Shown in pieces: positions 57,166-64,000 of a DNA stretch of 64,000 nucleotides. This stretch comes from an uncultured Treponema sp. (GTDB taxonomy: Bacteria; Spirochaetota; Spirochaetia; Treponematales; Treponemataceae), in contig CAYPGB010000011.1 in the NCBI GenBank assembly GCA_964410365.1, positions 1,960-65,959 on the forward strand. The letters run 5' to 3'. Within the stretch, counting starts at the first letter, position 1, and each line of letters opens with the position of its first letter. The translations under genes and the position numbers were made by a program. A model generated the notes under the pieces. The model was not told the DNA's origin, ran no database searches, and worked only from the letters and a program-made list of their open reading frames with translations.

Positions 57166-58506
57166 ATGGCAAGCAATCCAATTGTTAATATGTTTAAAGT
57201 TAAAGAAATCAGAACACGTCTGTTGTTTACTGTTTTAGTTTTGGCAGTATTTCGACTAGGTTCTGTTATTACAGTTCCTGGTATTGATGCAGATGTTCTT
57301 TTGAAATACTTTGACGAGTTAGCTACACAGAATAATAATGCAAACGCCTTTGTAAGTTATATGGACTTCTTTGTTGGAGGAGCGTTTTCTAACTTCTCAA
57401 TTTTCTTACTTGGTGTAATGCCTTATATTTCTATGCAGATTATTATGCAGCTTGCTGTGATAATTTTTCCATCACTTAAACGCATATCTCAAGAAGATGG
57501 TGGACAACGAAAAATTGCTCAATATTCAAGAATAGGAACAATTGTAGTTTGTCTTATCCAGGCTTGGGGTATGACTGTTTATGCTTATAGTATTCCAAAT
57601 GCCGTTGTAATTGAAAGTAAAGTTCTTTTTAGAATTTTATTTATGCTTACAGTTACAACTGGTTCAATGGTTACTATATGGCTTGGTGATCAGATTACAG
57701 CTCGTGGTATTGGAAATGGTATTTCATTAATGATTTTTGCAGGTATTGTTGCAAGATTACCAAATGCTTGTATTGAACTTTATCAACAAGTTCATTCTGG
57801 CAAAATATTGTTAGTATTTGTAATTCTTGTACTCATAATGTTCCTTGCAATTATCGCTTTGGTAATTTTTGAAGAATCTGGTCAAAGAAAAATTCCTGTA
57901 CATTATGCAAAACGTGTAGTAGGAAGAAAAATGTATGGCGGTCAAAGTACATACATTCCATTTAAAGTTAATCCTTCAAATGTAATTCCTTTGATTTTTG
58001 CTTCTTCTATTTTGACAATGCCTTTATCGTTGTTATCAACATTTGCCAAAGGACAGAATGCTGCAAAGTGGGTAACTACACTTTCAACAGTTTTACGTCC
58101 TGATGGTTGGTTATATAATATCTTATTAGTTATTCTTATTATCTTCTTTGCATACTTCTACACACAGGTAACACTGAACCCTACAGAAATCGCAAAGAAC
58201 ATCCGTGAAAACGGCGGCTCCATTCCGGGTGTACGTTCAGATAAAACTGAAGAATATCTTACAAAGATATTGAATAGACTTGTATTGCCAGGTTCGTTGT
58301 TCCTTGCATTGATAGCAGTTATTCCAACTGTAATTCAATATGCATTTGGTTTCCCTCAATCTGTTGCACAACTTATGGGTGGAACTTCTTTAATCATTTT
58401 GGTTGGAGTTGATTTGGATACAATGAGTCAGGTAGAAGCACTTCTTAAAATGCATCATCATGAAGGACTTACAAAGAAGGGCAAAATTAGATCACGTAGT
58501 TTATAG
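57166..58506 (+). CDS. secY: preprotein translocase subunit SecY
   Basis: 446 aa, 10-TM pattern, GIMPYIS-like block (GVMPYISMQII), GNGISLMIFAGI. Confidence 0.97.
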   Translation: MASNPIVNMFKVKEIRTRLLFTVLVLAVFRLGSVITVPGIDADVLLKYFDELATQNNNANAFVSYMDFFVGGAFSNFSIFLLGVMPYISMQIIMQLAVIIFPSLKRISQEDGGQRKIAQYSRIGTIVVCLIQAWGMTVYAYSIPNAVVIESKVLFRILFMLTVTTGSMVTIWLGDQITARGIGNGISLMIFAGIVARLPNACIELYQQVHSGKILLVFVILVLIMFLAIIALVIFEESGQRKIPVHYAKRVVGRKMYGGQSTYIPFKVNPSNVIPLIFASSILTMPLSLLSTFAKGQNAAKWVTTLSTVLRPDGWLYNILLVILIIFFAYFYTQVTLNPTEIAKNIRENGGSIPGVRSDKTEEYLTKILNRLVLPGSLFLALIAVIPTVIQYAFGFPQSVAQLMGGTSLIILVGVDLDTMSQVEALLKMHHHEGLTKKGKIRSRSL

Positions 58507-58535
58507 AAATTTCGTGATTAACTAGTAGAAAAGAA

Positions 58536-58612
58536 ATGAGAATATATGATATAATTATCGCCTACTGAATTGCTCTCATTGCGAGGTGCTAAAATTCAGT
58601 AAATATTCTCAT
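58536..58612 (+). promoter_or_regulatory. nested stem structure abutting the rpmJ SD
   Basis: ATGAGAATAT (58536-58545) pairs with ATATTCTCAT (58603-58612). This encloses CTGAATT (58565-58571) paired with AATTCAG (58593-58599). GGGGG SD at 58613-58617. Confidence 0.4.
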
Positions 58613-58623
58613 GGGGGCTTTAT

Positions 58624-58737
58624 ATGAAAGTACGAACCAGTGTAAAACCTATCTGTGATAAGTGTAAGGTTATCAGACGACACGGAGTTGTCCGCATCAT
58701 TTGTACAAACCCAAAACACAAGCAGAGACAGGGCTAA
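58624..58737 (+). CDS. rpmJ: 50S ribosomal protein L36 (bL36), zinc form
   Basis: 37-aa ORF, below the track cutoff: [37 protein letters not shown]. Confidence 0.95.
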   Translation: MKVRTSVKPICDKCKVIRRHGVVRIICTNPKHKQRQG

Positions 58738-58747
58738 GGAGTAACAG

Positions 58748-59116
58748 ATGGCTCGAATTGCTGGGGTTGATATCCCAAATAAACATGTAGGTACCGCATT
58801 AACTTATATTTATGGTATCGGCCGTGCATCGGCTAAAAAGATTTGCGAAGATGCTAAAATTGATTCAGAAAGAATGGTAAATGACCTTTCTCAAGATGAA
58901 TTAAATAAGCTTCGTGAAATTATTGATAAAGACTACAAAATTGAAGGTCGTCTTCGTTCAGAAATTGGTCTCAACCTAAAACGTTTAATGGACATTGGTT
59001 GTTACCGTGGTCTTCGTCATAAGAGAGGTCTTCCAGTTCGTGGACAGAGAACTCGTACAAATTCTCGTACACGTAAAGGTAAGAAGAAGACTGTTGCTAA
59101 CAAGAAAAAGGCATAG
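58748..59116 (+). CDS. rpsM: 30S ribosomal protein S13 (uS13)
   Basis: [14 protein letters not shown]. Confidence 0.97.
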   Translation: MARIAGVDIPNKHVGTALTYIYGIGRASAKKICEDAKIDSERMVNDLSQDELNKLREIIDKDYKIEGRLRSEIGLNLKRLMDIGCYRGLRHKRGLPVRGQRTRTNSRTRKGKKKTVANKKKA

Positions 59117-59131
59117 GGCGGAGGATAAGTA

Positions 59132-59512
59132 ATGGCTACCGTTAAAAAGCGAAAGGAAAAGAAGAGCGTTTACGAAGGAAATGTTTATATCCAAGCAACG
59201 TTCAATAATACTATCGTAACAGTAACTGATATGAAAGGTAATGCTTTGTCATGGGCTTCTTCTGGTGGGCTTGGTTTCCGTGGAGCAAAAAAATCAACTC
59301 CATTTGCTGCTCAGTCAGTTGCAGAAACTGCTATTCAGAAAGCTGCTAGTTATGGTTTACGAGAAGTTCATGTATATGTAAAAGGTCCAGGAATGGGACG
59401 TGAAAACGCAATCCGTTCTTTAGGTCTTATGGGATTGAAAGTAAAATCAATTTCTGATGTTACGCCAATTCCTCATAATGGTTGTCGTCCTCGCAAGACA
59501 CGCCGAATGTAA
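59132..59512 (+). CDS. rpsK: 30S ribosomal protein S11 (uS11)
   Basis: [26 protein letters not shown] ... [10 protein letters not shown]. Confidence 0.97.
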   Translation: MATVKKRKEKKSVYEGNVYIQATFNNTIVTVTDMKGNALSWASSGGLGFRGAKKSTPFAAQSVAETAIQKAASYGLREVHVYVKGPGMGRENAIRSLGLMGLKVKSISDVTPIPHNGCRPRKTRRM

Positions 59513-59529
59513 TTTTAGAGGAGACTATT

Positions 59530-60111
59530 ATGGGAAAAAGCACACAACCACTTTTAAAAAGATGTAAATCCTTAGGTATTAATCCAATCGTAATGGGTTA
59601 TACAAAACAATCTAAGAAAAATCAGAAAGAAGTAAGACGTAAGAAATCTGAATATGGTATTCAGTTAACTGAAAAACAAAAAGTAAGATTTATTTACGGT
59701 GTAATGGAAAAACAGTTCCACAAATACTATGTAATGGCAACTAAAAAAGATGGCATTACAGGTGATTGCTTACTTCAGATTCTTGAATCAAGATTAGATA
59801 ACGTTGTTTATCGCTTAGGTTTTGCTAAGACTCGTAAACAAGCTCGCCAAATGGTAAATCATGGACACATCCATGTAAATGGTAGAAAAGTAAATATTCC
59901 ATCTTATTTGGTAAGAGTTGGTGACGTTATTACTGTAAAAGAAAATTCTGGTATTAAAAAACTTATTCTTGCAAATGCTGATACTATCGTTCCAGCATGG
60001 CTTGAAGCAGATAGAGATAATTTTACTGGAAAGGTTGTTAGTTTAGCATCTAGATCAGATATTGATTACGAAGTTAAAGAAAACCTCATCGTTGAATATT
60101 ATTCTAAATAA
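59530..60111 (+). CDS. rpsD: 30S ribosomal protein S4 (uS4)
   Basis: Start at ATG 59530 behind an AGAGGAG SD. EKQKVRFIYG, S4 RNA-binding domain LDNVVYRLGFAKTRKQARQMVNHGH. Confidence 0.95.
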   Translation: MGKSTQPLLKRCKSLGINPIVMGYTKQSKKNQKEVRRKKSEYGIQLTEKQKVRFIYGVMEKQFHKYYVMATKKDGITGDCLLQILESRLDNVVYRLGFAKTRKQARQMVNHGHIHVNGRKVNIPSYLVRVGDVITVKENSGIKKLILANADTIVPAWLEADRDNFTGKVVSLASRSDIDYEVKENLIVEYYSK

Positions 60112-60126
60112 TAAAAAGGAGTTCAG

Positions 60127-61182
60127 ATGGCTCGAAAAAATTTGCTTAAAGGTTTTAAGAAACCTAAAGGCATTTCATTTGAACACATCAGTACAAATCC
60201 TAATTACGGAAAGTTTACAGCTTATCCGTTTGAAACTGGATTTGGAACAACAGTTGGTAATACTTTAAGAAGAGTATTGTTATCTTCAATTCAAGGATAT
60301 GCAATTACTTCTATTCGTATTACATCTTATGATCAAAATGGAGTTGCTAAAATCATTTCTAGTGAATTTGAAGCGGTTCCAGATGTTTCTGAAGATACTT
60401 TAGAAATTATCAATACACTTAAGATGTTGCGTTTCCGTTTGCCTAATGATGTTGAAGAAGATACTATCAATTATGAATTTAAAGGTCCTGGAGTTGTAAA
60501 ATCTGATGATTTTGCAAAAGAAGGTCAGCTTGAAGTTATGACTAAAGACACAGTTGTCTTTACAATGATGGAAAATGCTCATCTTGATATAGAAATTCAG
60601 GTTGATTTAGGTAGAGGTTACGTTCCAGCTGAGACAAATGAACATTACATAGAAGTTGTTGGTACAATTCCTATGGACGCCATTTTCACTCCTGTTCCAA
60701 AAGTAAAGTATTCTATAGAACCTTGTCGTGTTGGTCAAAGAAATGATTACGACAAATTAATTCTTGAAATTTGGACTGATGGAACAATTGCTCCAGAAGA
60801 TGCTTTAGCTGAAGCTGCTAAGATTGCAAAAGATCATTTTGCTATTTTTGTAAACTTTAATGATAAAGATGTAATTGGAAGCGATGAAAGTGATGAAGGC
60901 GATGAAAGTATTCAAAAACTTCTCAATACTCCAGTAGAAGAACTTGAACTTTCTGTTCGTTCATCAAATTGTTTGAAAAATGCAAATATTCGTACAATTG
61001 GCGAATTAACTAAAAAAACTGAGGATGACATCACAAAGACTAGAAACTTTGGTAAAAAGAGTCTCCAAGAGATAAAAGAAAAACTCCAAGAATGGAATCT
61101 TACTCTTGGAATGACAGATTATAGTCATTTGAAGAATGCTGCCAACTTAACAAAGCAGAAGGAAGAAACAGATGAATCATAA
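60127..61182 (+). CDS. rpoA: DNA-directed RNA polymerase subunit alpha
   Basis: 351 aa. N-terminal dimerisation domain and C-terminal domain ([21 protein letters not shown]). Confidence 0.97.
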   Translation: MARKNLLKGFKKPKGISFEHISTNPNYGKFTAYPFETGFGTTVGNTLRRVLLSSIQGYAITSIRITSYDQNGVAKIISSEFEAVPDVSEDTLEIINTLKMLRFRLPNDVEEDTINYEFKGPGVVKSDDFAKEGQLEVMTKDTVVFTMMENAHLDIEIQVDLGRGYVPAETNEHYIEVVGTIPMDAIFTPVPKVKYSIEPCRVGQRNDYDKLILEIWTDGTIAPEDALAEAAKIAKDHFAIFVNFNDKDVIGSDESDEGDESIQKLLNTPVEELELSVRSSNCLKNANIRTIGELTKKTEDDITKTRNFGKKSLQEIKEKLQEWNLTLGMTDYSHLKNAANLTKQKEETDES

Positions 61183-61690
61183 GAATGGTTTTAATCCGCT
61201 TTCACGTACAACGGCACATCGTCGTGCTATGTCACGCAATATGGTAACATCGCTTTTTAGATATGAGCGTATTACTACAACAAAATCTAAAGCACTAGAA
61301 GTAAGAAAATCTGCAGAAAAACTTATTACTAGAGCAAAAATTGATTCTGTACACAATCGTCGTGAAGTTGCAAAGTTTATTGCAGATGAAAAAATCTTAA
61401 ATAAACTTTTTACAGATATTGCACCACGTATGAATGAACGTAACGGCGGTTATACACGTGTATTAAAATTAGGATACCGTCAGGGTGATGCGGCTGATGT
61501 TGTTATTCTTGAATTAGTAGATTATAAACTTGAAACAGAAACAAGTGATGACAAAAAATCTACTAAACAAGCAGAAGGTTCTGCACCAAAAGCAAAATCA
61601 ACAAAAGCTAAAGCAGATGGTGAATCAAAAGCTAAAAAGCCAGCTGCTAAAAAGACAACTGCAAAAAAGGATGAAACAAAAACTGAATAG
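61172..61690 (+). CDS. rplQ: 50S ribosomal protein L17 (bL17) with Lys/Ala-rich C-terminal tail
   Basis: [17 protein letters not shown] ... [10 protein letters not shown]. About 50 aa KAK/AKK-rich extension. Overlaps rpoA by 11 nt. Confidence 0.95.
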   Translation: MNHKNGFNPLSRTTAHRRAMSRNMVTSLFRYERITTTKSKALEVRKSAEKLITRAKIDSVHNRREVAKFIADEKILNKLFTDIAPRMNERNGGYTRVLKLGYRQGDAADVVILELVDYKLETETSDDKKSTKQAEGSAPKAKSTKAKADGESKAKKPAAKKTTAKKDETKTE

Positions 61691-61716
61691 GTTTTTGCTA
61701 GAAAAAGGAGTCCAGA

Positions 61717-61938
61717 ATGTCAAAGAATCATCGCGGATCAGGTATTCGTTCATTAGTTGCTCATGGAAGAGGAACTTGTGCTATTTGTGGAAAAACAGAT
61801 ATTAAAGTTCTTTGGGAAAAAGAAATTAATGGCGAAACAGTAAAAATTTGTAAATACTGCAATGCTGCATTAAAAAACAAGGCTAGAATCGAAGCTAAAA
61901 ATGCAAAACCTGTAGTTGAAGAAACTCCTGCAGAATAA
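61717..61938 (+). CDS. small basic zinc-ribbon protein co-transcribed with rplQ
   Basis: 73 aa. CAIC-x19-CKYC. AAAGGAG SD. 26 nt after rplQ, followed by a strong terminator. Confidence 0.6.
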   Translation: MSKNHRGSGIRSLVAHGRGTCAICGKTDIKVLWEKEINGETVKICKYCNAALKNKARIEAKNAKPVVEETPAE

Positions 61939-61979
61939 GCAGAGTTTTCGCTGAATCCTTCTTAGGATAATATGCATAT

Positions 61980-62012
61980 AATCCGTTTGCTATACGCAGG
62001 CGGATTTTTTTT
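61980..62012 (+). terminator. intrinsic terminator ending the alpha operon
   Basis: AATCCGTTTGC-tatac-GCAGGCGGATT followed by T8. Confidence 0.75.
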
Positions 62013-62072
62013 ATTTAAAACATTTTTTATATCTAATTGAGCCTTTATGTATTTTGTTATAGAATAGATAAA

Positions 62073-63020
62073 ATGAGTGTTTCGACAAGTCATCAAATTT
62101 CTAGATATTATGATTTTTATCGTGATAAAGAAATTGTTTTTACAAAAGCTAATATAAAATCTTTACGTCTGGATCCTCGTCAAATTTATATCAAAGGTGA
62201 TGGAGGTCAATGGCCTTGTATAATTAATTCAGCATCTTTGATAAATGCAAAAATTATTATTGGAAGTTCAAACGGCATTTTTGCAAAATTAAGAAAATCA
62301 AAAAATATGCCTTTAAGTTTAAGATTTTGTTTTATCGATAATACAGGAAATTCAATTCATTTTTTTGTGAATTCTACAGTTGCAGATTTAAAACCTTATG
62401 CAGGTTCAAGTGATTTGGTTTTAGTTACTTTGAATTATACACAACGTCCACCAGATGATTTAATTTTTAGATTAGGCGAATTTATCGAAGTAAACGAGAA
62501 TTTTACAAGACGAAAAGAAGAACGCATTACAATTACAAAAAATTCTTTGAGAGAATTACAGATTCCAAAAGAAGAAACTTATATTTTTATTTCAAAAGTT
62601 CCTCGAAAATGTATTATAAAAGATTTATCTTTTGGTGGTGCAAAAGTTATGCTTGTTGGAATTCCAAAATTTCTGATTGAAAAAAATGTTGATTTACGTT
62701 TAATTTTTTTGGATACGACAGAAAAAATCTCTTTACCGGGAATTGTAAAAAATGCTGATTTTTTTCCAGGTAGAAAAGATATTGTAATTTGTCATATAGA
62801 ATTTATTCAAGATTTAATTCCAATGACTTATAAATTTAAAATCAATTCTTATATCACATCTTATCAAAAACAGTTAATTGATAATCAGATATTGAATCAA
62901 CAGAAAGCGGAAAAACAAGCGTACGAAGAGCAATTAAAAGAACAAAAACGTGAACAAAATAAACAGAACCAAAATTCTGATAAAAATGTAAATCTTGAAA
63001 AAAATCAAAATCTTCAATAA
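62073..63020 (+). CDS. PilZ-domain c-di-GMP receptor (PilZN + PilZ) with Gln/Lys/Asn-rich tail
   Basis: RxxxR motif RRKEER and D/NxSxxG motif DLSFGGAKV. Start taken at ATG 62073; the track start is TTG. Confidence 0.75.
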   Translation: MSVSTSHQISRYYDFYRDKEIVFTKANIKSLRLDPRQIYIKGDGGQWPCIINSASLINAKIIIGSSNGIFAKLRKSKNMPLSLRFCFIDNTGNSIHFFVNSTVADLKPYAGSSDLVLVTLNYTQRPPDDLIFRLGEFIEVNENFTRRKEERITITKNSLRELQIPKEETYIFISKVPRKCIIKDLSFGGAKVMLVGIPKFLIEKNVDLRLIFLDTTEKISLPGIVKNADFFPGRKDIVICHIEFIQDLIPMTYKFKINSYITSYQKQLIDNQILNQQKAEKQAYEEQLKEQKREQNKQNQNSDKNVNLEKNQNLQ

Positions 63021-63055
63021 AACTAAAATAAATTAAAAATAAATGTAGGTATTTT

Positions 63056-64000
63056 ATGAATGCAGCAAATCCGTTAGAGTCAATTTATTACATCACAATT
63101 CCACAAGATTTTATTCCTTCTGATTCAAGTTTTAAAATCGATTCTTCAATAAAACTTCCTGTTCAGGTAAAAGATGACGCTTCTCCAGGAAATTTCAATC
63201 CAAAAGAAATAACTGCAGAACAAATTTTAGCTGGAATTTTGACAATTCTTGCGTATGACAAAAAAAATGAACATTTAGATTATTATCGTTCTATAATTTT
63301 GAAAGTTAAACCAAATATCAAAAAAGAACTTTGTGAAGCAGCAATTTTAAAAACAAAAAATGAAGATTTTGAACTTGCAGAAGAAATTTTTAGAGCGTTG
63401 ATTGGATTAGATCCTAACGATAAAGCAATCACTTTAAATATGGCACTTTTTTTAGACCAACGAGCAGATTCTTACAGAATGTCTGGTTTAAATGAAGATG
63501 CCGACGCTTATGATAATGATGCACTTCTTTATTATCGAGATTCTTTGGAAGCAGACCCTCCAATTCCTGATACTTATTTTAATGTTGGCTTTTTTTATAT
63601 GAAACAACATAACTATAAAGATGCAAAAGATGCTTTTGAAACATATCTTGCTCTTACTTGCGAAACTAGCGATGAAGAAATGGGAGAAGATGGAGTTTAT
63701 AAAAAAGAACGTGCTCAAGAAATTATCAATAATATTAATAATGAAAATATTGATGATGAAAATTTTAGAGCCGCTTATGATTTGATTTCTCATGGTCAAG
63801 AAGAAAAAGGTTTAGAAAAAATTCGAAGTTTCTTGCAAAATAATCCAAAAGTTTGGAATGCTTGGTTTTTATTGGGTTGGGGCTTACGACGTTTGGAAAG
63901 GTTTTCTGATGCAAAAAATGCATTTTTAGAAGCTTTAAAAAATGGTGGAAATTCAAATGCAGATACATATAATGAACTTTCTTTGTGTTATGTGCAAGAA
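63056..64000 (+). CDS. TPR-repeat protein, 3' end cut by window edge
   Basis: ATG 63056, and the frame stays open to base 64000, so it is absent from the ORF track. Repeated A/Y/F helical hairpin patterns, e.g. YFNVGFFYMKQHNYKDAKDAFETYL and WFLLGWGLRRLERFSDAKNAFLEAL. Confidence 0.65.
   Translation, partial: MNAANPLESIYYITIPQDFIPSDSSFKIDSSIKLPVQVKDDASPGNFNPKEITAEQILAGILTILAYDKKNEHLDYYRSIILKVKPNIKKELCEAAILKTKNEDFELAEEIFRALIGLDPNDKAITLNMALFLDQRADSYRMSGLNEDADAYDNDALLYYRDSLEADPPIPDTYFNVGFFYMKQHNYKDAKDAFETYLALTCETSDEEMGEDGVYKKERAQEIINNINNENIDDENFRAAYDLISHGQEEKGLEKIRSFLQNNPKVWNAWFLLGWGLRRLERFSDAKNAFLEALKNGGNSNADTYNELSLCYVQE

Noticed and set aside
1-64000. Mobile genetic elements (IS, integrase, prophage) or a classical defence island beyond the R-M pair
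   Set aside because: No transposase, recombinase, phage structural or other recognisable defence gene was found in any listed ORF. The genes flanking the R-M pair are ordinary metabolic genes.

Overview
AT-rich bacterial chromosomal segment. Gene content and order suggest a low-GC spirochaete, possibly Treponema-like: rplL-rpoB-rpoC-rpsL-rpsG has no fusA, secY runs straight into rpmJ without adk/map/infA, and a PilZN-PilZ protein is present. This assignment was not checked against any database.

Layout:
- 1-18 kb: mixed housekeeping and carbohydrate genes. These are a PHP phosphoesterase, galK, a Na/Pi cotransporter, a YfcE-like phosphoesterase, an MBL hydrolase, clpP, a GH27 alpha-galactosidase, glnA plus an ANTAR regulator, queH and carB.
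- 18.1-23.3 kb: the only clearly accessory block. It is a Type III restriction-modification pair (mod then res, minus strand) with a divergent XRE/controller-like gene.
- 23.4-33.4 kb: a PurF-like gene, a Zn peptidase, a sialate O-acetylesterase-like esterase, a GH43, pgsA-like, hsp20, radA and cysE.
- 33.6-61.9 kb: one uninterrupted plus-strand translation/transcription super-cluster. It runs tRNA-Thr, rpmG, tRNA-Trp, secE, nusG, rplKAJL, rpoBC, rpsLG, tuf, then the S10/spc/alpha operons.
- 62-64 kb: a PilZ protein and a TPR protein cut by the window edge.

No CRISPR array, transposase, integrase or prophage genes were seen.

The most interesting signals are non-coding or atypical:
1. A family of 3'-end stem-loops (GATT-stem-TCAAG-stem-AATGAC) with compensatory stem changes.
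2. Two homologous GC-rich islands in inverted orientation, one wedged between mod and res.
3. A 17-nt operator-like direct repeat and a probable leaderless XRE gene beside the Type III R-M pair.
4. A PurF homologue whose N-terminal nucleophile Cys is Gly.
5. An orphan promoter-to-terminator sRNA candidate next to radA.
6. A leader ORF plus terminator in front of carB.
7. Structured spacers and a 552-bp unexplained gap inside the ribosomal super-cluster.
8. A tRNA-Thr gene that departs from near-universal tRNA positions.

All calls come from reading the sequence and from motif memory. No searches were run.
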